DNA of 64,000 nucleotides, from the NCBI GenBank assembly GCA_028826165.1, contig JAPDFW010000056.1, forward strand, positions 557,627 through 621,626. The letters run 5' to 3'. Shown here piece after piece: positions 29,405-42,912 of this stretch; the first letter of the stretch is position 1, and each line of letters starts with the position of its first letter. The position numbers were made by a program, and so were the translations under genes. The notes under the pieces were generated by a model, which was not told the origin of the DNA, made no database searches, and saw only the letters and a list, made by a program, of their open reading frames with translations. Source of the stretch: Anaeramoeba ignava BMAN (taxonomy: Eukaryota > Protista > Anaeramoebae).

Positions 29405-32400
29405 TCATTTCTTTTCATCAAAAAATGTATATATTTTTAATTCTCTTTCATATGATTTTCTTGATTTTCTTCTTGTTGTTTTTGTTTTATTTTCTTTTAA
29501 AGAATTATCTTTTATAATAATCAAATCTCCATCTTCATTTAAATCAAAAAATGAACAAATTGTTTCATTTTCAATTTCATTTTCTTTAAAATGTTCCCAT
29601 TCTAATAAATGATAATTATTTATGTTTTGAAATCCTGTTTTTTTAGCAATTTGTATTCTTTCTTGATCTAAATTGTAAATATTCGCAACTTCTTTTTGAA
29701 AATTAATACAACTCATTTCTCTTTTGAAAATAACTTCTTTTCTTGTTTTATAATCAACTTTCATTTTTTTTCTTTCTGGAAAATATTGTTCAATCAAAAC
29801 TAAAATTTCATCTTTTTTTGGATTTTCAAATTCTTTTCCTACAATTTGATAAATAAGACATTTCCCATCATGAATATTATTAACATTTGAAAAAATATCT
29901 TTGATTAATAATTCATCTGAATAAATCTTCCCTGCTTTAAATGCTTCTTTTTCCCGAATAATCAAACTTTGATAATTTTCTAAATTGATTTTTTTTGAAA
30001 TTTCTTTTTTTAGTTCTAAAATATTCCAATTTATATTTATTGGGAAATTCATTTCATTTTCAAACATCTTTTCTGAATAAATATCATATTCATAAAATAT
30101 AAAATAAAATTCTTCTTCTGTAAGTGGAATTCCTGATTCAATTTGTAAAATTGTTGATGGGAAAATATTCAAATCATGAAGTGATAAATTTAAATCTTTT
30201 AATTCTTGAATTGGTGAAGATTTTTTGATTCTAAATTTATCTATATCAATCTTAAAAATCTTAGAAATTTCTTTTTTTAATTCATAAAGAGTTTTTCGAA
30301 AATCAAAATTTATAATTTCATTTTCATTTTCATATTCAATTAAAATATCAAATGTATTTTGTTTTTGATAATATAATTTAATTGCTTTGCTTTCTTCATA
30401 ATTGTTTTGATCCGTAATTTCAACAATAATTTCATCTCCATCAACAAGTCCATAATCTTTATATAAACTTTTTTCATCTTCTTCCAATATAATTAATTCT
30501 TTATTAATTTCAATCCACATTTGATTTTGATTTTTGATTTTGATTTTTGATTTTTATTCATTTGTAAATATTTTTCTTTTGCTTTTCCAAGTGTTTCATT
30601 TTTAGAAATGAAAAAATTATTTTCTTGATCAAATTCTTCAGTTATTGAATTAAATAATCTTATTTTAAGAATAATTTCATTTGGATCAATTTTTTCAAAT
30701 TCTTCATTTGGTTCACGAATTTCAACAAATAAAACCTAAATAAATTAATTAAATTAAATTAAATAAATAAATAATTTAAATAAATAATTTTAAATGGAAA
30801 ATACAGTATTTTCAACTATTCCAACTTTTTCTAACATTTCTTCTTCTTCTCCTTCAAATGTTCCTCCTGGAATCCCAAAATCAATTCTATATCTTCTTAA
30901 TCTAATACAATCAATTGTTTTCTCATTTTTGGATAAATTTAACTTTTTAAAAATTTTTTTTGTTAATTCTTTAATAGTAATTCTTTGATCAACAGTAATT
31001 TCATTTTGTTTGTTTTTGAATAAATAATGAATTGAAATTCTTGTTAAATTTCTTTCATATTCTTCATATTCTTTAAGAAATTCTTCATTTTCCTTTTGAA
31101 TAATTTCTTGAATATTTGTAGGAAGATTATTATAAATCAAATCTTTTTCATCTTCTTCTTCTTCTTCTTTTTTTACTTTCCTATACATTAATAAATAAGC
31201 ATTTTCTGATGATTTTTTCTTATCAACTCCTCCTCCAAAAGTTTTTAGAATATCATTCATTTTAATTTTGTTAATTTTTCTTAATTCAAGAATTATTTTG
31301 ATTTTTTTTTTAAATTAATAAAAAAAACCCAAATTTTTAAAAATATTTCTAAATAATTCCAATAACTTACCGATCATTAAAACAATACCAACAATCCATT
31401 TTATTAGGTTTAATATATGCAAAATAATGTCCACTATTACTATTTCCTCTGTGAATTAATATTGAATATAATTCATATAAATTATCTGTATTTTTTTCAG
31501 GTTTTTCCATAAATTTATCTATTGACTTTTCTTTTCCTTTTTCTTTTTCTTTTATATTTTCTTTTAGAAATAAATCTCCATCTAAATAATAATTGAATTC
31601 AACTCTATTATTTAATTTAATTCTTGACATCTAATAATTTTAAATAAATTCAAAAATTAATTTCCTTTCTTTTTTTTTCATTAATAATTAAAATAATTAA
31701 AATAATATAAAACAACACAGTTTTTATATCAAAAGTAAATCTTTTTAATTGAATTGAAAGAATTTCTGGAAGTTTAGAAAATCCTAATTTCTTTAAAGCA
31801 TCAACTTTCTTATTACATTTTTCACAAAAATATCTAAATAAAATATTATTTTAATTTTAAATTTTAAATTTAAAATTAATATTAATTTTGTTTTTTGTTT
31901 ACTGATTATCATCAGTAAGAAGTTCTGGTTGAATAAAATTTATAATTGCATCATTAAGTGTTGAACAATTTTCTATAACTAAAGAAATATCCAAAAATGA
32001 TTCTTTTTTCAAACTAATTTCTCCACAAATCTTATCAATTTAAATCAAATCAAATCAATTTTATTTTTAATTTTAATTTTAATTTTAATTTTAATTATTA
32101 ACTTTGCATTGAACTGAACTTGTTAATTCTCCTTGAAATAAATTTGTTATTGATAATTTTGAATTTTCTGTATTTATAAAAGTTTTTTCAAGAGCATCAA
32201 ATAAAACTCGACTAAATTCTTGAACATCTTGTTGATAATAAGAATCTTTTTCATTCCATCCAAAACTTTTTGTTAAAGAATTTGTTTTAACTTCTCCATT
32301 TAAAGAATATTGTAATTTTGCAAATAATAATTGTAATTGATAAGGAATACAAAATTTAATTGGACCATGTAAATCATTATAACTAAATTTTAAATTTCAA

Positions 32401-32722
32401 TTTTTAAAAAAATTTAATTTAAAAATTTTTCCTTTTTTTTCAAAATTAATTCTTTTTTTATTAACTTGTATTGATAAACAATCTTTCTAAATTCTAAAGT
32501 GTGAAATAATGTTTGCATTAAACTGTTTAAATAACATGTTCCTCCTTGATTTGATAATCCACAAAAATCTATATTTTTTCTTTTATATAATTTTTTCTTC
32601 ATTTTCATTTTATTCTTAAATTTAAATTGATTATTGTTTTTATTATTTGTTTTTTCTTCAATTAAATTATTTTCTGTATTAAATAAATCTAAACCACCAA
32701 AAAGAGAATCAAAATCATCCAT
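29405..32722 (-). CDS. Ubiquitin-specific protease (USP40/USP47-like) with C-terminal ubiquitin-like domains, multi-exon
   Basis: Cys box [25 protein letters not shown], His box [23 protein letters not shown]...FND and NAYLLMYRK. The pieces are joined by short GT-AG introns. Confidence 0.85.
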
Positions 32723-32788
32723 ATTTTTAAATTTAAAAAAAAAATGAAAAAATGAAAAATGAAAAAATCATTTTTTTTCTTTTTAAAA

Positions 32789-34570
32789 ATGAATGATTGT
32801 TTATTTTTTGGTTTAAATCAATATCCAATTCTTATCAAAAATGAAGCAAATAAAATAACAAAACCAATTCAATTTAAATTTGAAAATGAAAATGAAAATG
32901 AAAATGAAAATGAAAAACAAATTAAACAAATTTCATCAGGTTATTTTGCAACAATTTTCCTTTTTAAAAATGGAAAAGCAATAGAATATTTCAAATGAAA
33001 ATGATTCAAAACAAAATATTGAAAAAATCCAAATTGAAGAAAATATTCAAAAAGTAACTGTTGGTTATCAAAATGAAGCTATTTTAACAATAGAAGGAAA
33101 TGTATTTGCCAAAGGAAAATATATTAATTCAAAAAATCCAAATGAATTTATCAATATTTCATCATTAATTGAAGATACAAATGATAGAATAATTCAAGAT
33201 ATTGTTTCTGGAAGATTTTCAATTTACTTATTAACTTCAAATCAAAATGCTTATGGAATTGGTTTAAATGATTACTGTCAACTTGGTTTTGATTTTAGAA
33301 AAATCTTAAAAACAGAAAAACCAATTTTAATGATGAAAAATGTTTCTAAAATATTTTCAGGAAATTCTTCTTATTTTGTTTTTCTTTTAAATTCAAATCA
33401 AGAATTATTTGTTGTGGTTGGAATAAATATGGTCAAGTTGGATTAGGAGAATCAATAAAAGATTGGCAAATCCAAAAATTAACCAAAATCCAAAATATTC
33501 CAAAAGGCAAAATAATTGATATTCAATCTGGAGAATCTTTTTCAATAATGTTGATTGAAAATGAAGATGAAAATCCAAAAAGAAAACTTTATTCATGTGG
33601 TTATTATCAATATAATGGACTTGGCAAAAATAAAAATACTTATGAATTTACTGAAATCAAATCATCTTTATTTGAAAATGATAATAATATTCTTGATTTT
33701 TCTGTTGGATATTATCATACTTTGATTTTAACTTCCAATTCAAAATTAATTGGATTTGGAAGTAATGATTCTGGTCAATTAGGAATTGGAGATAAGAAAG
33801 AATATAAATCAATTCCATTTCGAATTAAACTTCCTAAATTAAGATTTAATGAAAATATTTCTAATTATCATATTTCTTGTGGATATTGGAATTCATTTCT
33901 TTATTATTCTCCTCCTTCTTTTTCCAATCTTGAAGAAGATTTGATAAAATTATTTAGAAGAAAAGAATTTTGTGATATTTCATTTAAAACAGAAAATGGA
34001 GAAATAATTGAAGCTCATAAATTAATATTGAAATATAGATTAAATCAAAATCAAAATGAAATTGAAAAACTTAAAGAAATTATTTCAAATAAATCAATTA
34101 AAGAATCAAATCAAATATTTGAAATGATTTATTCAAATAATTCCAAAATAAATCCAAAATTATATTCAGAAATTAAAGAAATTATAAATTCAAATGAAAA
34201 AATTGAAGAAACAATGAAAAGAATTTATTTAAATGAAAATGAAAAAGAAAAAGATTTTATAATTGAAAGAAAAGAAAAACAATATAAATTTCCTAAATTA
34301 ATATTAATAATGAGAAGTGAATTATATCGAGGAATGTTTTTATCTGTTACAAATGATAAATCAAATAAAGTTACAGATTATAGTGAATTAAGTAATAAAT
34401 CATTTCAAATATTTGAATATTGGATTTATTCAAATCAAATTAAAGATGAAATTCAAATTACACAAGAAATCATTAATGAAATTCAAATTGGAATTGATTA
34501 TTTTCAATTAAATCAAACAAATCCAAATTTATTTGATTTATTAATTAATAAATTTAATAATCAAAATTAA
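32789..34570 (+). pseudogene. RCC1-repeat + BTB protein with two frameshifts (~32990, ~33411)
   Basis: RCC1-like repeats (GYYHTLIL...GFGSNDSGQLG) followed by BTB-like FCDISF...EAHKLIL. The 5' half is continuous only after single-base corrections, so assembly error is possible. Confidence 0.65.
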
Positions 34571-34969
34571 AATCAAAATTAAAATTAAAATCAAAATTAA
34601 AATCAAAATTAAAATTAAAATTAAAATCTGAAAAAAAGAAAATAAGTGTTTCATTTTTTAAATTTTAATTCTTTTCCTATTTTTTGATTTGAAGAATTTT
34701 ATTTGATTTGAAAGTAAAAGAAAATAAAATTGAATTTTGAAAAAAGAAATGAAAACAAAAATTGAAATTTGAAAAATTTGTTTTTTGGAAATTAAATTTA
34801 TGTAAAAAATTGGAATAAATTTAATTTATTAAATAATTTTTAATTTTTGAATTTTAAAAATTATTAATAAATTTAAAACAAATTTCCAAATTAATATTAA
34901 TTCAATTTAATTCAAAAAAAAATAAAATTAATTTCAAAAAAATCATTTTTCAAAATATTTCTTAAAATA

Positions 34970-35400
34970 AAATATTAAATTCTAAAACATTAAATTATTA
35001 TTTTAAACATAAAATTAAATAATAAATTATATTTTTAAATTAATTTATAAATTAAATATTAAATTAAATTTATTCTTATTTTTTATATTTACTTATTAAA
35101 ATATTTCCAATTTTTAAATAATAAATATTAAAATATAAAACATTAAATTATTATTTAAAAATAAAATTAAATATTAAATTATATTTTTAAATTAATTTAT
35201 AAATTAAATATTAAATTAAATATATTCTTATTTTTTATATTTACTTATTAAAATATTTTCAATTTTTAATAAATAAATATTTAAATCTAAAACAATAAAT
35301 TATTATTTTAAACATAAAATTAAATAATAAATTATATTTTTAAATTAATTTTTAAATTAAATATTAAATTAAATCTATTCTTATTTTTTATATTTACTTT
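34970..35400. repeat. ~155-bp AT tandem repeat, family A, copy 2
   Basis: Same unit and orientation as 12490-14290. Confidence 0.8.
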
Positions 35401-35402
35401 AA

Positions 35403-35641
<239 letters not shown>

Positions 35642-35926
35642 GTTTCGATTTTCAAAAAGAAAAAGAAAAAGAAAAAGAAAAAAAATGAAAGAAGGAAGAA
35701 TTTTTATTGATTTGAAATGAAAAAAAAAAAGAAAAAGAAAAAAGAGAAAAAATTAAATTCTTCCAAAACTTCTGAAATTGAAGTAAGAAATTTGTTTGAA
35801 ATCCAATCAATATGGATTCATCAAGAAATTGAATTAAATTGAATTGAATTAAATTAAATTTGAAAATAAATTCTTTTAGTTCTTTTGTTCTTTGGATTTG
35901 GGAAGAAATAAAATGGGAAATCAACT

Positions 35927-38900
35927 TCATTTTTGGTTATTCTTCTCCTAAAAAAAATAAAAAAAATAAAAATGAATTAAGTTAGTAAAAATCCTTTATT
36001 GAAATTATTTTTAAATTTAATTATTTACAGACTATTTATTAAATAATAATAATATAATTAATTAATTTTTGATTTTATTTTATTATTTATTATTTTAAAT
36101 TTAATAAATATTTTTAAATTTAATTATTTACATGCTATTTATTAAATAATAATAATAATAAATATTAATTAATTTTTGATTTTATTATTTATTATTTTGA
36201 ATTTAATAAATATTTTTAGATTTAATTATTTACATACTATTTATTAAATAATAATAATAATAAATATTAATTAATTTTTAATTTTATTTTATTATTTATT
36301 ATTTTAAATTTAATAAATATTTTTAGATTTAATTATTTACTGACTATTTAAATAATATTAATAATAATAAATATTAATTAATTTTTAATTTTATTTTTAT
36401 TATTTATTATTTTAAATTTAATAAATATTTTTAAATTTAATTATTTACATCCTATTTATTAAATAATAATAATAATAAATATTAATTATTTTTTAATTTT
36501 ATTTTATTATTTATTATTTTGAATTTAATAAATATTTTTGAATTTAATTATTTACATCCTATTTATTAAATAATAATAATAATAAATATTAATTAATTTT
36601 TAATTTTATTTTATTATTTATTATTTTGAATTTAATAAATATTTTTAGATTTAATTATTTACAGACTATTTATTAAATAATATTAATAATAAATATTAAT
36701 TAATTTTTAATTTTATTTTATTATTTATTATTTTGAATTTAATAAATATTTTTGGATTTAATTATTTACCCATTTATTTAAATAATATTAATAATAAATA
36801 TTAATTAATTTTTGATTTTATTTTATTATTTATTATTTTTAAATTTAATAAATATTTTTAGATTTAATTATTTACCCACTATTTATTAAATAATAATAAT
36901 AATAATAAATATTAATTAATTTTTGATTTTTAATTTTTAATTTTATTATTTATTATTTTGAATTTAATAAATATTTTTAGATTTAATTATTTACTGCTAT
37001 TTATTAAATAATAATAATAATAAATAATAATTAATTTTTAATTTTTATTTTATTATTTATTATTTTAAATTTAACAAATATTTTTAGATTTAATTATTTT
37101 ATTTATTTATTAAATAATAATAATAATAATAATAAATATTAATTAATTTTTGATTTTATTATTTATTATTTTAAATTTAATAAATATTTTTAGATTTAAT
37201 TATTTACTTTCTATTTATTAAATAATAATAATAATAAATATTAATTAATTTTTAATTTTATTTTATTATTTATTATTTTGAATTTAATAAATATTTTTGG
37301 ATTTAATTATTTACTTTCTATTTATTAAATAATAATAATAATAAATATTAATTAATTTTTAATTTTATTTTTATTATTTATTATTTTGAATTTAATAAAT
37401 ATTTTTAGATTTAATTATTTACAGACTATTTATTAAAAAAATAATAATAATAATAATAAATATTAATTAATTTTTGATTTTATTTTATTATTTATTATTT
37501 TAAATTTAATAAATATTTTTAAATTTAATTATTTACTTCTATTTATTAAATAAATATTAATAATAAATATTAATTAATTTTTGATTTTATTTTATTATTT
37601 ATTATTTTAAATTTAATAAATATTTTTGGATTTAATTATTTACTGGCTATTTATTAAATAATAATAATAAATATTAATTAATTTTTAATTTTATTTTATT
37701 ATTTATTATTTTAAATTTAATAAATATTTTTAGATTTAATTATTTACTTTCTATTTATTAAATAATAATAATAATAAATATTAATTAATTTTTGATTTTA
37801 TTTTATTATTTATTATTTTAAATTTAATAAATATTTTTAAATTTAATTATTTACTTTCTATTTATTAAATAATATTAATAATAAATATTAATTAATTTTA
37901 ATTTTATTTTATTATTTATTATTTTAAAATTTAATAAATATTTTTAAATTTAATTATTTACTGGCTATTTATTAAATAATAAATAATAATAAATATTAAT
38001 TAATTTTTAATTTTATTTTTATTATTTATTATTTTTAAATTTAATAAATATTTTTAAATTTAATTATTTACTTTCTATTTATTAAAATAATAATAATAAT
38101 AAATATTAATTAATTTTTGATTTTATTTTATTATTTATTATTTTAAATTTAATAAATATTTTTAAATTTAATTATTTACATCCTATTTATTAAATAATAA
38201 TAATAATAAATATTAATTAATTTTTGATTTTATTTTATTATTTATTATTTTAAATTTAATAAATATTTTTGGATTTAATTATTTACTTTCTATTTATTAA
38301 ATAATAATAATAATAAATATTAATTAATTTTTTATTTTTATTATTATTTATTATTTTAAATTTAATAAATATTTTTGGATTTAATTATTTACTTTCTATT
38401 TATTAAATATTATTAATAATAAATATTAATTAATTTTTGATTTTATTTTTATTATTTATTATTTTAAATTTAATAAATATTTTTGGATTTAATTATTTAC
38501 ATCCTATTTTTAAAAATAATAATAATAATAAATTATTAATTAATTTTTTAATTTTATTTTATTATTTATTATTTTGAATTTAATAAATATTTTTAAATTT
38601 AATTATTTACCCACTATTTAAATAATAATAAATATTAATAAATATTAATTAATTTTTGATTTTATTTTATTATTTATTATTTTTGAATTTAATAAATATT
38701 TTTGGATTTTAATTATTTACTTTCTATTTATTAAATAATAAATAATAATAAATATTAATTAATTTTTGATTTTATTTTATTATTTATTATTTTGAATTTA
38801 ATAAATATTTTTAGATTTAATTATTTACATCCTATTTATTAAATAATATTAATAATAAATATTAATTAATTTTTGATTTTTTATTTTATTATTTATTATT

Positions 38901-41551
38901 TTGAATTTAATAAATATTTTTAGATTTAATTATTTACTCTCTATTTATTAAATATTAATAATAATAAATATTAATTAATTTTTAATTTTATTTTATTATT
39001 TATTATTTTTAAATTTAATAAATATTTTTAAATTTAATTATTTACTTTCTATTTATTAAATAATAATAATAATAAATATTAATTAATTTTTGATTTTATT
39101 TTATTATTTATTATTTTTGAATTTAATAAATATTTTTAGATTTAATTATTTACTGGCTATTTATTAAATAATAATAATAATAAATATTAATTAATTTTTG
39201 ATTTTATTTTATTATTTATTATTTTGAATTTAATAAATATTTTTAAATTTAATTATTTACATCCTATTTATTAAATAATAATAATAATAAATATTAATTA
39301 ATTTTTAATTTTATTTTATTATTTATTATTTTGAATTTAATAAATATTTTTAGATTTAATTATTTACTTTCTATTTATTAAATAATATTAATAATAATAA
39401 ATATTAATTAATTTTTTAATTTTATTTTATTATTTATTATTTTAAATTTAATAAATATTTTTAGATTTAATTATTTACTTTCTATTTATTAAATAATAAT
39501 AATAATAAATATTAATTAATTTTTGATTTTATTTTATTATTTATTATTTTGAATTTAATAAATATTTTTAAATTTAATTATTTACCTTCTATTTATTAAA
39601 TAATAATAATAAAATAAATATTAATTAATTTTTGATTTTATTTTATTATTTATTATTTTGAATTTAATAAATATTTTTAGATTTAATTATTTACATTCTA
39701 TTTATTAAATAATAATAAATAATAATAAATATTAATTAATTTTTGATTTTTATTTTATTATTTATTATTTTTAAATTTAATAAATATTTTTAAATTTAAT
39801 TATTTACTTTCTATTTATTAAATAATAATAATAATAATAAATATTAATTAATTTTTGATTTTATTTTATTATTTATTATTTTGAATTTAATAAATATTTT
39901 TAAATTTAATTATTTACAGACTATTTATTAAATAATAATTAATAATAAATATTTTTTTTTGATTAGATTAATATTTTGAAATTTTAAAAAGAAAAAGAAA
40001 GGAAAAAATTGAGAAAATGGAATATTTATTTTCAAACTCAAAAAATAATAAAAAAGAAAGAAAATTTTACTTTCTATTTATTTTATCAATAATTTAGATT
40101 TTAACATTAAAAATTATTTCTTTATTTTAAAAAATAATAATTTACTTTCTATTTTTTTATTGAAGGAAATATTTTGAATTGAAATTATTTTTAATGAATT
40201 TATTGAATGAAAAATATTTACTTGCTATTTTTTGTTTAAATGAAAATAAGAAATTTTGGAAAATGAAAGGAAAAATATTAATAATTAAGAATTGAAAGAA
40301 TAATTAAATATTCTTGAAAAAATAATTAGGAATAAATTTACTTCTGGTTGCTTTTCCTTTTCAATTTGTTGTTTTTCTTGAACTAAATTTTGTTTTTGAC
40401 TTTTCAATTTGTTGCTTTTCTTGTATTAAATTTTGTTTTTCCATTTTCAAATTGTTGATTTTTCTTGAACTAAATTTTGTTTTTTTTTCAATTTTTTTCT
40501 TGAATTAAATCTTTTTTTTGATTTTCAAATTCTTTTTTTTCTTGTATTAAATCTTTTTTTTGATTTTCAAATTGTTGTTTTTCTTGAACTAAATTTTGTT
40601 TTTGATTTTCAAATTCTTTTTTTTCAATTATTATTTGTTTCTTTGTTTTGTTAAAATTTTCAATCTATTATTGATTTTAAAAAGATTATTTTTGAATTAA
40701 ATTTGAAAAGAAAAGAAAGTAAAATAAATTACATGTTGATTAATTAATTTGAAAGTAATGTGAGAAGGAAAAAAAGAAAATTTTTGGATTTCATTCATTT
40801 GATATTCTGTAATTGGATGAAGAGATTGAACTTGTTGTAATAAATGAAAAATTAAGTTAGAAAATTCATTTTGTTGATTTTTTGAATCTGGTTTTCGATT
40901 TTTTGTTTGTGTTTCTAAATTATTATGTTTGAACCATTCAATAATTAAATCAGGAATTAAATCAAGTTTATTAGCTTTTTTGTTTGAAAGAATCATTTCA
41001 ATGAAACAAATAATTTCATTTTGTTTAAGGTTTTGAATTTGGTTTTTTTGGATCATTTTATTAATATTCTGGATTAAAAAATCTGCACAAGATTGAATAA
41101 GGAAATCTGAAGAAATTCTTTTAGATTTGGAATAAAAATTAACTAAATTATATTTAGTTAGTGATTCTTGAATTTCTTTTTGGATTCTAATTTGAAGTTT
41201 TGGTAGCATTAGTTTATCAGCTAAAATGTAATAATGATCAAAGAATTGTTGATTAATTTGAATCTCTCCAGTGTATAAAAAACGGATAACAGAATAAACA
41301 ATTTCAAATTCAAATTGAGGAAAATTGATTTCAGTAATAAATTTTGATCGAAATAATGCATGAAAAAATTGGCTTCTTGAACTTAAAACTAATTTGTGAC
41401 AACGAAAAGATTTTAAGTTTTTACCACAAATTATTGTAAAATCAAAAAGAGATTCTTCAGTTTCCAACATTTTTTTGAAATCAGTTGAGCATTCAGAAGA
41501 AAGTAAATCATCAAGTTGTTTCTTTGTTAATTGTAATAAGTTGTTATTCAT
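35927..41551 (-). CDS. BTB/BACK protein with coiled-coil exon and C-terminal tail encoded by ~40 single-codon exons; large exons 41551-40733 and 40664-40342, putative last exon 35947-35927
   Basis: BTB motif FDFTIICG...FRCHKLVLSSRSQFFHALF. The ORF continues through a phase-0 intron into EKQQFENQKQNLVQ repeats (several homopolymer shifts at 40400-40500), then a donor at 40341 and serial AG-NNN-GT cassettes. The 3' structure is inferred from splice dinucleotides only. Confidence 0.7.
36005..39950 (-). repeat. 37-unit, ~108-bp tandem array of near-identical intron + variable 3-nt exon
   Basis: Plus strand TTATTTAC-NNN-CTATTT every ~108 bp equals AAATAG-NNN-GTAAATAA on the minus strand. 33 units are intact, two have 2-nt cores (36995, 37537) and two are degenerate (~36770, ~37100). 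Confidence 0.9.
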
Positions 41552-41689
41552 TTTTTGCTTTTAATTAAATTTTTTTTTGTTTTGAAAAAAATGAAAAAAA
41601 AAATGAAAAAAAAATAAAAATAAATTTTATTTAATAATTAATAATTAATTTAGGAATTTAAAAATAATTAACATTTAAAACAAATTTCC

Positions 41690-42830
41690 AAATTAATATT
41701 AAATTAAATCTATTCTTATTTTTTATATTTATTTATTAAAATATTTCCACTATTTAAATAATAAAATATTTAAATTTAAAGCATTAAATTATTATTTTAA
41801 ACATAAAATTAAATATTAAATTATATTTTTAAATTGGTTTATAAATTAAATATTAAATTAAATCTATTCTTATTTTTTATATTTATTTATTAAATTATTT
41901 TCAATTTTTAAATAATAAAATATTTAAATTCTAAAACAATAAATTATTATTTTAAACATAAAATTAAATATTAAATTATATTTTTAAATTAATTTATAAA
42001 TTAAATATTAAATTAAATTCTTATTTTTATATTTATTTATTAAAATATTTTCAATTTTTAATAATAAAATATTTAAATCTAAAACAATAAATTATTATTT
42101 TAATAATAAAATTAAATATTAAATTATATTTTTAAATTAATTTATAAATTAAATATTAAATTAAATCTATTCTTATTTTTATATTTATTTATTAAAAATA
42201 TTTTCAATTTTTAATTAATAAAATATTTAAATCTAAAAACAATAAATTAATATTTTAAACATAAAATTAAATATTAAATTATATTTTTAAATTAATTTAA
42301 TTATTAAATTAAAAATTTTTATATTTATAAATTAATATTGAAATAAAATATTTTAAATCTAAAATAATAAATTATTATTTTTAAACATAAAATTAAATAT
42401 TAAATTATATTTTTAAATTAATTTTTAAATTAAATATTAAATTAAATCAATTCTTATTTTTATATTTATTTATTAAAATATTTTCAATTTTTAAATTAAA
42501 TATTAAATTAAATCAATTCTTATTTTTATATTTATTTATTAAAATATTTTCAATTTTTAAAAATAAAATATTTAAATTCTAAAATAATAAATTATTATTT
42601 TAAACATAAAATTAAATATTAAATTATATTTTTAAATTAATTTATAAATTAAATATTAAATTAAATCTATTCCCATTTTTTATATTTATTTGTTAAAATA
42701 TTTTCAATTTTTAAATAATAAAATATTTAAATCTAAAACAATAAATTATTATTTTAATAATAAAATTAAATATTAAATTATATTTTTAAATTGGATTTAT
42801 AAATTAAATATTAAATTATATCTATTCTTA
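41690..42830. repeat. ~155-bp AT tandem repeat, family A, copy 3
   Basis: Same unit and orientation as copies 1 and 2. Confidence 0.85.
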
Positions 42831-42912
42831 TTCTCTTTATTTATCTTATTAATTTTAAATTGAAAAATTTTTTTTTTGTTAATTTTGTTTCTCAATTTCT
42901 TTTAATCTATTA

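Noticed and set aside
35652-35930. 92-aa minus-strand ORF
   Set aside because: Low-complexity F/S-rich sequence, probably the 3' UTR of the BTB gene.
36005-39950. CRISPR-like reading (constant repeat plus variable spacer)
   Set aside because: The variable part is only 3 nt, the context is eukaryotic with no cas genes, and the flanks are splice dinucleotides.
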